Shown: positions 40,497-54,249 of the stretch, piece by piece
Position numbering within the stretch: the stretch's first letter is position 1
Layout of the letters: each line of letters starts with the position of its first letter
Translations under genes and position numbers: made by a program
Source: Eledone cirrhosa
Taxonomy: Eukaryota
Length of the DNA: 64,000 bases
NCBI GenBank assembly: GCA_964016885.1
Contig: OZ024743.1
Location: 17,112,001-17,176,000 of the forward strand
Direction: 5' to 3'
Notes under the pieces: generated by a model
Database searches by the model: none
What the model was told of the DNA's origin: nothing
The model's input: the letters and a program-made list of their open reading frames with translations, nothing else

Positions 40497-43400
40497 AGTT
40501 GCATTTATTTTGCTTTATGTTCATACGAGTTATCACCAAGTCACGACCAGTGACCTCAAGAGACAACAAGGTCCGCCATGTTCAAGAAAGAACATACATA
40601 CTCACACATGCATCTTTAGTGTTTAGACTTGTGATGTACTTATATTGACAGAATCTTCCTTAGTATATGGGCAGTTCCCATTAGTACTATCTTTTGTATT
40701 TCTCCTATACGCGGGTTTCCTGGGATTTGCGACAAGTAATCATTAGACCCCTTAGGTATCATTCCCAGAGCGCCTACAATCACTGGTATTGTTTTAGTTC
40801 TCAATTTCCACATTTTTCCAATGTCTATCTCCAGGTCCTTATACTTGCTCAATTGTTCAAATGTTTTTATAGATACATTCTTGTCTATTGGAACAGACAT
40901 GTCAATTAGCAGGCATACCCTCTTTTTAAAGTCCTTCAATATTATATCAGGTCTATTTGCATCTATTTTTCGGTCTGTTTGGATGCTAAAGTTCCACAAG
41001 ATTGAGATGTGATCTTTTTCAAGTATGGGAGGTGGTTGATGCTCCCACCAATTCTTTTGATGGGGCAGGTCAAAATGCTTACACATTATCCAATGTATGT
41101 ATTGTGCAGCTCTGTCATGCCTGTTTAGGTATTCGGTTGGAGCTATAGGACTGCACATCGAATTTATATGGTCAATGGTCTCTCGTTGTTTTTTGCACAC
41201 ACGGCATAATGGGCTGCATCCATTTTTTATTATGTTGGCTTGGTAATTTTTTGTTGGCAGACACTGATCTTGTGCTGATATAATCAGTCCTTCAGTCTCC
41301 GATTTCAGTCCAGAGGATGCCGACCACTGATGGGTTAAAGTTTTGTCAACATCAGGATTGTTAGCTCGCTCTGGATATTTTCCATAGAGAGGCTTTTCTT
41401 GCCATTTCTTAGCCAGTTTCTGTAGCAGTTCTTTCTTTGCAGTTACTTTTACCTGCTTTGCTTTTTCTGTATTTTCCATTTCAGCAGTAAATGGGACTTC
41501 TGAAGCTGTAGTCGATTACAGTATCTTTGTGCATCTTTTGTAATGGAATATGATCTTTTGATGCTTTCGTGTTTCAAAACGAGTTTGATCATCCAATCAT
41601 GTGATTCCCTTAGATATGTAGATATGTATTGTTGCATTTTTCAACGCAATGTCTAACTGGATTAACCCACGTCCTCCTTCTTTTCTACGGAGATATATTA
41701 TATCTGTATCTGCCTTAGGGTGATGCATTCTGTGCATGGTTAAGAATTTTCGAATTTTTGTATCGAGCCTACGGATCTCTGTGCTTGACCAGTTGATGAC
41801 ATTGTAACTGTAGGTTACTACTGGTATGGCAAGCGTATTTATGGCATCGATGCTATTCCTTGCATTCAATTCCGTTCTTAAGATTGCTCTTACTCTGCGG
41901 TAACATTCCTTCCTCATCCTTTCCCTCATTGTCGAGTGCTTGATTCCGTCTCCTTCACAAACACCTAGATATTTGTAAGTTTTTTCTTGATCAAGTTCTC
42001 TTATCACGTTCCCCCGATCAAGATTAATGTCTGAACTCTTCAGCAGCTTTCCTCTGGTGAATGTTGCTTTGGCGCATTTATCTAGTCCAAACTCCATTTT
42101 AATGTCATCACTGAACTGCTCCACAGTGGATAATAGCCCTTGCAATTGTTCATCATATTTTGCAAATAGTTTCAGGTCATCCATGTAGAACAAGTGATTA
42201 ATGTTTTCGTCATAGACTTTATATCCATGTTTTGTTTCATTGAGCATTTTACTTAATGGTATAAGTGCGATGCAGAATAAAAGCGGTGATAAAGAGTCAC
42301 CCTGAAAAATTCCACAATTAATATTAACTTCTCCAGCTTCCAGTGATTTTGTTTCACTATTCAAAAGGAGTGTCGTTTTCCATGTCTTCATACTGAATGA
42401 CAAAATCCTCCTGACAACGGGGGATATTTTGAAAATCTCTAAACATTTTTCAATCCAACTGTGTGGCAAACTATCGAATGCTTTTTTATAATCTATCCAA
42501 GCAATCGATAGATTTTTGTGTCTATTATGACAATCTTCCAGTATCATTTTGTTAACCAGAAGCTGATCCTTACAGCCATATGAGCCTCGTTTACACCCTT
42601 TCTGCTCAATGGGAAATAGTTCATTTGTTATCAGGTGGTCATATTTGTATTCAGTTAGGACTGATGTTATAATTTTATACATTGTGGTCAAGCAAGTTAT
42701 CGGTCTGTAATTTTGGGGATTGTTTGTCTCATCATTCTTCGTAAGCAGGAATGTAATGCCGTTAACTAGCCATGATGGTATGTTTTCTGGCTCCTTAACT
42801 ATTTCATTGTAAAGTTGGGCTAACAGCTCATGAGACTCTGTGAAGGCATTTATCCAAAAGTTTTGTATTTTGTCTATTCCTGGGGATTTCCATTTGCTGG
42901 TTTTTCTTAGAGCCATGCGCAACTGTTCAACTGTTATATTTTCCCATATTAGTTCCTCAAGGTGAGCTGTATCTTTCATTTGTCTGTCTATCCATGGGGC
43001 ATGTATTTTATGAACTTTTTCTTCGGCCCAGATCTTTTCCCAGAATTCTTGCACTTCCTCCTTGGGTGGTATTGATTTAGCAGTTATTGTTGACTTACCA
43101 ATTTTTCTGTAGAAGTTTCTTTGGTTGTTTTTGAACATATTATTGTCCTTATAGAATCTAGATCGTTTTTCAAAGCGCCTTATACGAGCAGCTTTGGCCG
43201 ACACTTTTTGCTTGATTATTTCTATCAGCATGTCTATGTCACTTGTTGATTTTATACTGTACTTTTTTTTCAATTTTCTAAGTTTAGTTTGTTTAACATG
43301 TTCACCTATTTTATAGTTTGTTAACATTTCTATGTCAGATCGGAGTAGGTTTATTTGGCGATTGATGTTCTCTTGCCAAGTAGATTTCTTGTGGGAATTC

Positions 43401-45439
43401 CTTTGTTTTTTCATCTTCACTCCACATAAGTGAGTGGTGACTTTAGCCGATGCATAATAGAGATGATTTAAATCAGTAATGTTTAGTTTGTTTGTGATGA
43501 TAATGTTTTTGAGAATTATGTTAGTCTTGGGTATTATCTTTTGGTTCTGTTTGGAGTTCTGGATCTTAGGGAGGGTGTCTCGTTGCCCCATGTCAGATTC
43601 TTTCATTTTCATCCATTCGATGATAATTTCATCCTTCAAGTTGGCAAGTTCATTCTCATTCATTTCTTTATCATTTACGATCTCATTATTTTCATTTGGA
43701 GTTTCATCCTGAGCATGCACTCCCTCCACTTTTTCGATCCTTTCTTTAATTTGTTCTGTTGCCAGTGATTCCGCCCCAACCCTGGGATTCGAAGTGTTAC
43801 AGTTTACCTCGTTTTCACTGACACATGTTTCATTTTCACTTCGCTGACTTTGTGCTAATAGCTTGATCTGATCAATTTCTATATCAGTTAGTAACTTTTT
43901 TCTTACAATATTTCTTCGTATATTAGCTAGTTTGTTACTGTCAATATAGCCACTGTTTTCGGGATGTTTCTTTTTCTAGTTGATATATGTCTGTTCTGTA
44001 TTCGATGTATTTGATGGGTAGTACATGGCAGTGTAGAAAGCCTCAAGGACTCCTTTATTATCTTCCCTTGACAATTTTTCTGTCTTTTTCTTTGGATTTC
44101 TTGGTGGTGAGCATGGAGGGACAACAGTAGGAGTATTCCGGTTATGGGAAGTCTCCAGCTCCGAAGTGATGGGAATGTTTGAACCATTAGCTGATATTTC
44201 GACCCCAGTCTGGTTCCTCTCTGAGGGGCGCGGCCCTTTTTTACCCGGTTGACGGCCGATCCGGTATGAGATTTTATCATTAGACATTTACTTTATTTTG
44301 TCGCGTTTTATCCTTATCCGCCAAGGGGTAATCATTTCGTGTTACCACTTCTAGAACGAGTGTCAACCAAGACTAGAGGGATCGTTCTCCCATAGAGACA
44401 CGGCTATTCCCCGTCGGCCGCCTCCCGGTATTTCTTGGTCACGGGGTTTTCTTTTTGTTATTTTTAAAAAATTGTTATTATCATGAGTGGTTCCTTAATG
44501 TGTGCATTGCGTGGCTTAAGAATGAAATTATTAATAATTGTCTCCACTCCAGGCACAAGGCCAGCAATCACCCAGTGCATTACAATAATATAATATACTT
44601 TTTGCTGTAGTTACCTGTTATTGTTGTTGGCTATGTCGGTGGTGGTGCCGGGGCTTTTTATATTGTTGATGAGGAAGGGGTGAGCCAGCAGTCCCATAGT
44701 TGTTGCTGTTGACGTTTGGCCGGTGGCCAGGTCACTAAGTCAATCTATTTATATCTTTTGCTAGCCTCTCTCTTGTCTAGTGATACCGCCACCTTCCCCT
44801 TTCCCTCTCAAGTTAACAGGGGAATAGTGGTGATAGCAATGAAGGAGTGGTGGCAGCGGCGATGGGATAGTTGTAGCAAGATGATGGACGGGGTGGTGGC
44901 GGCGTTGGCGTTGTGGTTACTGGGTTTTGTGATATGTAGTATCTATGAGTTTGTGTTCGTATGTTTAATATATATTGTGTTGACATATTCCTGTAAAATT
45001 GGGATTAAACATTTTGTTAAAATTTGAGATAATAATAATAGTAATTATTATTATCATGTCGGGATTGGTGGGGGTGGTGGTGAAATTGCCGTTATCTGGC
45101 TGTTATATTTAGTGTGATGGGATAGGTGGTGTATCAACTTTCTGGTGTTGGTGAAATTGCTGTTATTTGGCTGTTCTATATAGTGTAGACAGAGGGTGTT
45201 TTCTTCCATTTATAACCATTTTCTTTTTTTGAATACAAAATATATAATACAAAATTGAATATTTGAGCGATATAACAATATAATATGGATCGATCCGAAA
45301 TTGTATGGGACTTCTTTCGGTGGATTATGCAACATTTGTACTAAGAATTGTTATTTCACAATTGATTTAAATATGTTAAAAATCAAAAACTTACGGGAGC
45401 GATTTCATGACCTTCTACCACCTCGTGCGTCTTCTTCCC
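40496..45439 (-). mobile_element. Full-length R4/Dong-like RLE non-LTR retrotransposon (family B), frameshifted
   Basis: (ATT)n flanks; ORFs 43976-44287, 41597-43729, 40640-41479. Confidence 0.93.
40640..44287 (-). pseudogene. RT, CCHC zinc knuckle and restriction-like endonuclease
   Basis: NYRPITCL, IDYKKAFDS, GIFQGDSLSP, FYMDDLKL, CRVC..ETIDHINSMC, RHD, NRPDI..LIDMSVP..KY. Confidence 0.93.
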
Positions 45440-45469
45440 TTATTCTTCTTCTTCTTCTTCTTCTTCTTC

Positions 45470-45507
<38 letters not shown>

Positions 45508-45519
45508 GTTATTGTTATT

Positions 45520-46190
45520 CCTTGAATCTCAGTCATTGATGTTGGTTAACTGGAAAGTCCGTTGGATTGAATATCAAGCCACTACCTGCAGCCTCAGATA
45601 TTCAGGACGTATCGGAGGGTTCTTGCTGTTCCAAGCAAGCATGCCTTTTGAAGCGTTCCAAAAAGCGTGAAGGGGCCGATTTTCTTTAACCATCCCTGGA
45701 AACCTTTGGAGATAGTCCCCAGTGCGCCTATGACAATCGGGATCACTTTGACTTCATGGCAGTTCCAAATCCTTTTCACCTCCCACTTTAGGTCCTGGTA
45801 TCGGTTAATTTTCTCCCTCTCCTTCTTATTATTATTATTATTATTTTACATATTATTATTATTATTATTATTGTTATTGTTATTCCTTGAATCTCAGTCA
45901 TTGATGTTGGTTAACTGGAAAGTCCGTTGGATTGAATATCAAGCCACTACCTGCAGCCTCAGATATTCAGGACGTATCGGAGGGTTCTTGCTGTTCCAAG
46001 CAAGCATGCCTTTTGAAGCGTTCCAAAAAGCGTGAAGGGGCCGATTTTCTTTAACCATCCCTGGAAACCTTTGGAGATAGTCCCCAGTGCGCCTATGACA
46101 ATCGGGATCACTTTGACTTCATGGCAGTTCCAAATCCTTTTCACCTCCCACTTTAGGTCCTGGTATCGGTTAATTTTCTCCCTCTCCTTC
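45520..46190 (-). repeat. Two tandem copies (365-bp period) of the 3' ~306 bp of the family A element
   Basis: 45520-45826 and 45885-46190 have the same truncation point and (ATT)n spacers. Confidence 0.92.
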
Positions 46191-46249
46191 TTATTATTAT
46201 TATTATTATTTTACATATTATTATTATTATTATTATTGTTATTGTTATT

Positions 46250-49200
46250 CCTTGAATCTCAGTCATTGATGTTGGTTAACTGGAAAGTCCGTTGGATTGA
46301 ATATCAAGCCACTACCTGCAGCCTCAGATATTCAGGACGTATCGGAGGGTTCTTGCTGTTCCAAGCAAGCATACCTTTTGAAGCGTTCCAAAAAGCGTGA
46401 AGGGGCCGATTTTCTTTAACCATCCCTGGAAACCTTTGGAGATAGTCCCCAGTGCGCCTATGACAATCGGGATCACTTTGACTTCATGGCAGTTCCAAAT
46501 CCTTTTCACCTCCCACTTTAGGTCCTGGTATCGGTTAATTTTCTCCCTCTCCTTCTCTTGCACTCTCGTGTCGAACGGGCAGGCCACATCCACAATCAGG
46601 CACGATTTTTTTTCTTTGTCCACAACCACCAGGTCAGGTCTATTGTGTTCCAGTTTTTTGTCCGTCTGTATCCTAAAATCCCACAGCACCTTCACCTGAC
46701 TGTTCTCCATCACCGCCTCTGGCCTATGCTCATACCATTTCTCAGAATGTGGTAGATTGTTTACTTTGCACAGGTGCCAGTGGATCACCCTGCCCATCAC
46801 ATCGTGTCTCCAGCCCTTATAGTGGGTCTGGGCTAGGTGTTTACACTCGGATACAATGTGAGCCACAGTCTCCTCTCTCTCTCCACAGATCCTGCACAGT
46901 GGGCTAGCCTCCTCCTTGTAGATATGGTGCTTCAACCACTTCGTTTTGAGGGCCTGCTCCTGCGCAGCCATTAGCATTCCTTCTGTAGCCTTTTTGAGGT
47001 CTCCTCTTCTGAACCAGTTCCATGTCTGTGGATCTCTAAATTCAGTTTTCTCAAAGAAGGTACTATGAAGGGATTTTCCCTTAAGGCTGCTCTTCCTCCT
47101 TGATGTTATTTCCTCCTTGGACATCCCCTGGCCTACTGTCCCCTCCTTCAGTACAGTTCTGAGCATTGGCTCCTTACTATAGGTCACGTATTTGTATAGG
47201 TTGTTTTTCTCCATCTGAACACAGTCCTCTATGCTGATAAGACCTCTTCCACCCTCAGATCTCCTTAGGTAGAGTCTATCGACATCACTCCTCTTGTGGA
47301 ACATGTTGTAGATAGTCAATAGCTTCCTAGTCTTCCTATCCATTTCTTTTTGTTCAGCAACATTCCATCTCAGAATTCCCGCACTGTACCTAATAATAGA
47401 CACAGCTCGGGAATTTACTGCGCTTATGGCATTTCTGCTGTTCAGATGTGACTTCAATACGCTCCTTACTCTCCGAATGTATTCAGTTCTTAACAATTCC
47501 TTCATTTTTTTGTTCTTTATGCCATCAGCCTCCAGAACGCCCAAATACTTGTATCCTTCCTCAGAGTTAATTTCCTTTATCATCTCACCTGTTGGTATCT
47601 GGATCCCGTTACTTCTGCTCAACCTACCCCTCTTCATCACAATGACTCCACATTTACCAATACCAAACTGCATACATATATCACTGCTGAAAATACGGAC
47701 AGTGTCAACAAGCACATCCAACTCCTTCTCACTTTTCCCGAAGAGCTTAAGATCGTCCATGAAGAGGAGGTGATTGATGGTAAGCTCTCCCCTTCCCAAC
47801 TTGTATCCTGCTCTCACTTTTCGCAGCATAATGGTCAAGGGCATCAGGGCAAGGACAAACAACAGAGGGGACAGGCTATCTCCCTGGAAGATACCTCTCT
47901 TGATCTTCACGCTTCCCAAGGGTACTCCAGTTGATGTCAACTCTGTCTCCCAGGACCCCATACTCCTGCCCAGCAACTGTCTGATGTTATCTGCCACACT
48001 GAAGACCTCCAGGCTTTTGGTGATCCAGGAATGAGGCACCATGTCAAATGCCTTTCTGTAGTCTATCCATCCCATGGCAAGATCAGTGTGTCTCCTCCTG
48101 CAATTCCCCATTACCATCTTATCAATAAGCAACTGGTCCTTTGTACCTCGTGACTTCTTTCGGCATCCTTTCTGTTCGTCCGGTAACAAGTTGTTTGTGT
48201 GGAGGTGATGGTAGATTTCCTCAGACACAATGCTCGTCAACAGTTTCCACATTACGGGCAGACATGTGATAGGTCTATAGTTGGTAACATCATTACCCTT
48301 GATTCGGTCTTTCATTATCAGAACTGTGGTACCTTTTGTCAACCACTCTGGCACCTCACCCGACACCAAGCAGTCATTGAACATGGCCGTCAGCTTCGGG
48401 TGGAGGGATGTTAAATGTTTAATCCAATACCCCTGCACACCATCTGGGCCTGGTGATTTCCAGTTGGTTAGTTTTTTGGCTTGCCCCTTAAGAGTTTCAA
48501 CTGTGATACTCAAATCAGTCTGTTGTTGTGCCTTCTCACCGATCTCCCTCTGTACTGTCTCAATCCACCCTGCCTGGGCATTGTGTCTAACATCCTGCTC
48601 CCATATTCCTCTCCAGAATGTTTTAGCTTGTTCCGCCCCAGGGATCAAGTCGTTGCCTCTTTCTTTCCCCTCAAGCTGTCCAAACAGCATCTTCTGGTTG
48701 TTGTCGAACATGCGGTTCTGTTTATACTGACTGACTCTGTTCTCGTATCGCCTGATTTTGGCACTCTTTGCTACAATGCGTTGCTTCAATTCCTCTATGA
48801 TAATATTTAGCTTTTTACTCCTAGTTTTGTATTTTATTTCCAGTCTATTTTTAGTGCCTATGTTTTTTAGTGTCCCATTCAGTAGTGACTCAAGCTTTCC
48901 TATGTCATTTCTCATTTCCCCGATTTGCCCACTCAGTCGCTTCTTCCACCAAGGCTCTGCTCTTTCTTGTCTGTTGTTTCCTCTCGCTTTTATACCAAGT
49001 AGTTTCCTCACCGTATTTGCTGTTGCTTTGAGGATATTGTTGCACTGGTGAAGACTCCTCGCCTCAAGGTATGGGATGACTTTGTTTACCTTAGCTGTTG
49101 TTTCTTTTAACTTTTTCCTGTCTACAAATCTTAGGTTCATAGGTCTCCCACTATCATTGTTCAATTCATCTACCACTAGATTTAGGATGTCAACCGAATC

Positions 49201-50800
49201 TTGTCCTAGCCCGTCAGCATTCATCTCCTCAGTGGCCGTATCTCTGTTCCAGGTATTATTTATCTCAGTATTCAGATCATTGTCTGCTTCGGGTGGTTCC
49301 TCCGTTCTCAGGACCTCCTCACCTTCATTTCCCACCGGCTCGCTTGTCTGGCATACTACACCCGCCATCTCCAAGCCATTCTCTCTGCTCAGTTCCTCCA
49401 GTTCCAGCTCGCTTATCCACCCATTAGTTCTAATTACCCGAGCCTGCCCGGCCAATTTTTGTTCATCTAATTTAAATAAACCAATCTCGTTCCAGATGTT
49501 ATGCATCCGTCTCCTGTAGCCCCTCTCCTTGGGGTTACTTTTCAGGTAGCATTGCATAACAGTTCTATTCAATTCTTTCGTCCAGTTGGTTCTGGCCCCT
49601 TTCCTTCTTCTTCTTCCTCCAACATCAGCAGTATTTGGTTGACAGTCAGGTTCCTGCTGCTGAGCCAGGGGGCACCTGTTGGGTGAGAGTCTGTCACATG
49701 ACGTTCTAGTCTCCATTTCACCGTTATTCGAACTGTTTATGTTCGATATTTAAACACTCTTATCGAGGATTGGCGAATGTATGTTTACATAGCCATCTGT
49801 GGATCCGCCATCCCACTTGGCCCTTGTGTGGCATTATCACCATGCTGTATACGAACACACATAAACAGACAAACACACGGGCAGAAAGGGCCCCAAAAAT
49901 GAATAAGCATAAGTTTCATTGTAATGTAGTATTCGAATGTCTGACTTAGTTTTTGTTTTTTAAGTCTTACTTTTCCCCCCCTCTTCTCTGTCCGTCCGCC
50001 TGCTTCTCTCTTCATTCTTATTTTCTTTACGTTTTGGGGGTTTCTTTTTTTGTTTTTGTTTTTCTCTGTTTGTTTTTCTCGTTTTTTGCTGTTGTTGCTG
50101 TGCTGCTTTGGTTTTGATGTTTGTTTTTTCTTTTTTCTTTTGAGTCTATCTATATATTTTGATGCTTTCCTCTTTGTTAGTAGTAGGGATTCTATAATGT
50201 GGGAGTAGTAGCAGCCAGCAGGGAGAAGTGGGAGAGGGCGGCGTTGGCGATACTGAGACAGTGGTGGTGGTGATGTCGATACCGAGGCAGTGGTGGCGGT
50301 GATGCGACCGTATTACTGTAGTGATGGTGCTGTAGCGGTGGCAGCAGCAGTGAAGGAGTCAAGGGGTGGTGGCGGCGGTGATGGGATAGTGGTGGTAATG
50401 ATGGCCGTAGTGAGCGGTGGCGGTGAAGGTGAAAATGCTGTTGTGTTTAGTGTACACAGATGATGGGGTGGGTGGTGTATCTAGTTTCTGGTGTTGGTGA
50501 GTTTAGCTGTCCTATATAGTGTAGCCAGAGGAGAGGAGGGGAGGGGGGGGGTCTTCTTCTTCCATTTATAGCCATTTTTATTTTTGGGGGATATACAGTG
50601 TACAATACAAAGTTGAATATTTGAATATCTGAGCCTTATAACAATATATTTTGGGTCCGAATTTTTTGGGGCTCAAGCCGGGTGCTTTACGTACCATTTG
50701 TACTAAGAGTTGTTATTTCACAAATGATGTAAATATGTTAAAAGTTCAAAACTTACGGGAGCGATTTCATGACCTCCGTCACCTCGTGCGTCTTCTTCCC
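46250..50800 (-). mobile_element. Full-length R4/Dong-like RLE retrotransposon (family A), apparently intact
   Basis: Single open ORF, ~1.08-kb 5' UTR, ~75-bp 3' UTR, (ATT)n flanks. Confidence 0.95.
46324..49716 (-). CDS. 1130-aa R4-clade protein: RT, CCHC, RLE endonuclease
   Basis: WKSPGPDG, NYRPITCL, IDYRKAFD, GIFQGDSLSP, LFMDDLKL, CRIC..ETVAHIVSEC, RHD, NRPDLVV..IVDVACP..EKINRY. Confidence 0.95.
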   Translation of the reverse strand: METRTSCDRLSPNRCPLAQQQEPDCQPNTADVGGRRRRKGARTNWTKELNRTVMQCYLKSNPKERGYRRRMHNIWNEIGLFKLDEQKLAGQARVIRTNGWISELELEELSRENGLEMAGVVCQTSEPVGNEGEEVLRTEEPPEADNDLNTEINNTWNRDTATEEMNADGLGQDSVDILNLVVDELNNDSGRPMNLRFVDRKKLKETTAKVNKVIPYLEARSLHQCNNILKATANTVRKLLGIKARGNNRQERAEPWWKKRLSGQIGEMRNDIGKLESLLNGTLKNIGTKNRLEIKYKTRSKKLNIIIEELKQRIVAKSAKIRRYENRVSQYKQNRMFDNNQKMLFGQLEGKERGNDLIPGAEQAKTFWRGIWEQDVRHNAQAGWIETVQREIGEKAQQQTDLSITVETLKGQAKKLTNWKSPGPDGVQGYWIKHLTSLHPKLTAMFNDCLVSGEVPEWLTKGTTVLIMKDRIKGNDVTNYRPITCLPVMWKLLTSIVSEEIYHHLHTNNLLPDEQKGCRKKSRGTKDQLLIDKMVMGNCRRRHTDLAMGWIDYRKAFDMVPHSWITKSLEVFSVADNIRQLLGRSMGSWETELTSTGVPLGSVKIKRGIFQGDSLSPLLFVLALMPLTIMLRKVRAGYKLGRGELTINHLLFMDDLKLFGKSEKELDVLVDTVRIFSSDICMQFGIGKCGVIVMKRGRLSRSNGIQIPTGEMIKEINSEEGYKYLGVLEADGIKNKKMKELLRTEYIRRVRSVLKSHLNSRNAISAVNSRAVSIIRYSAGILRWNVAEQKEMDRKTRKLLTIYNMFHKRSDVDRLYLRRSEGGRGLISIEDCVQMEKNNLYKYVTYSKEPMLRTVLKEGTVGQGMSKEEITSRRKSSLKGKSLHSTFFEKTEFRDPQTWNWFRRGDLKKATEGMLMAAQEQALKTKWLKHHIYKEEASPLCRICGEREETVAHIVSECKHLAQTHYKGWRHDVMGRVIHWHLCKVNNLPHSEKWYEHRPEAVMENSQVKVLWDFRIQTDKKLEHNRPDLVVVDKEKKSCLIVDVACPFDTRVQEKEREKINRYQDLKWEVKRIWNCHEVKVIPIVIGALGTISKGFQGWLKKIGPFTLFGTLQKVCLLGTARTLRYVLNI

Positions 50801-50801
50801 T

Positions 50802-50802
50802 A

Positions 50803-50880
<78 letters not shown>

Positions 50881-50912
50881 TTACATTATTATTATTATTA
50901 TTATTATTTTTC

Positions 50913-50982
<70 letters not shown>
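50802..50982. repeat. (ATT)n, (GT)n, (TA)n compound microsatellite
   Basis: Seen directly. Confidence 0.95.
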
Positions 50983-50985
<3 letters not shown>

Positions 50986-52671
50986 TAATGATGATCAGGA
51001 TAATCGTCATGGCGATGATGATATCGATGATGATATTAATGATAGTGGTTGGGATAGACTTGTTATTGGTCGCAATGCTGGTCGTGGTTGTTGAGTAAGT
51101 TGTGATTTCGATGGTGATGATGATATTGATAATGCGTATCCTTGTATTGATTTTTTCAATCAAGATATATACATATCAATATCGGATTAAAAGATATACT
51201 CATATAAATTATACGTTTTCGATCAATTCGTTATCATTCCACCGTAGTGATGAAATGATATTCATGCCTTCAATTGTATATTATCAATAGAGTAAGTTGT
51301 GTCTTCGAAAATACTCTCTCACTGGCTAAATGACTAACTGGATGACTGCTTCACCTTAGCTTACATTTATCTACTTGGCACTTGAACGTTCCGTTGATCT
51401 TTTTATCTGTCGATATATTCATTCATATTGGTAGACAAATAAAATTTACTACACAGTTCAGCAATTGAAATTCATTGCGATTAACAATAAAATCATTTAT
51501 CCGTGTAATAAGACCAAACTTTCTCCGAATATCATTCAACGTAATCTACTAAAGCCTGTATTGGTTCCTACACCAGCGCAATATAACAAACTACTACCTC
51601 ACTCTGCGCCATACCACACCAAGACATATACTTCAATTGACGCCAGAAAGTTGCTGTCTACACAAAAACATTTGTAATGCCTGTTGGTTTCCAATTTCTC
51701 TATGGGAAATTATTTATTTTTACTGTTTATAAAGGATTCATAAATCGGAATTAAATTGAACTGTCATTGATGTTTTCAGAAAGCTGTTTAAGGAACAAAG
51801 AAAGATAAGTGTAATAAAATGCTAAATTTAGAAACCAAGACCTCAAACGGTTTTGTTGTAATATGGTTTTATTGTTTAAGAAACTAAATGAATTCAACTA
51901 TAAATTCTACAGGAATTATCAAAAGATTGATACATAATCTCTGATCGTATTATCTATTTTGGTATGTTCATGTTCAAGGTGTGTATGAAACCAGATGTTT
52001 ATAAATTATTGGGAACTATGAATGTTATTACAATAAGTTCATTTTCTCCAATGGATATTATTCTATCACAAGATTGCTATATAACTTAAGAATACAAACT
52101 AATTTGATATACACAATGTATCAGCAATGGAAGAGTATTACCATGTTTGATCATAATATATTGTTATTTGTGCATTGGTGCAGAGGAATGTTCTTTCATT
52201 TTGTATAATTTTTATGTTATATGATGTTCATTATTGATCTAATGACGATAATCATTTTCCATTTAACTCTGTAATACTGATATTTTCAGCGAAAGAGAAA
52301 ATATGAATTAAAACCTTCAGAAAAATAAGGATTTATTTGGCGTTTTTATTATGTGCCCAAACAAAATGAGTAATATTCAAATGACAATTTACTAAAGAAA
52401 TAATTCTAATAATTATTCACACAATCTGCGATGCCTGGCGTGTGTTGGAAATATCTTCATTGAGTTACGATGATACACAAACTAAAGCGCACAAAAATGT
52501 TGCTTTCCACAGACACATTCACCACCGAGACAAGCACATAATATAATATAACATAATATAATATAATATAACGTAATGTAATATAATATGATAAAATAAA
52601 ATATATATAAATATATGTTTTTGCATGTGTTTGCGTGTATATACATGCATATATATATATATATATATATA

Positions 52672-54099
<1,428 letters not shown>

Positions 54100-54249
54100 A
54101 AATATATATATACATGTGTGTGTGTTGTGTATGTTTTTTGTTAATGCGTAATACGTCAGGCGACACTGATGAGAGCTACTGGAAACATGCTACCCACTTC
54201 AACGAGACAAATGTTTGAGTTATTCACGACCACATTGGCACTGCAGCTA

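Noticed and set aside
47426-49686. Plus-strand ORFs here and over the Helitron
   Set aside because: Antisense shadows of transposon ORFs.
54165-54195. HHR-like CTGATGA gagctactg GAAA catg
   Set aside because: No convincing stem I or II, and no U at the cleavage triplet.
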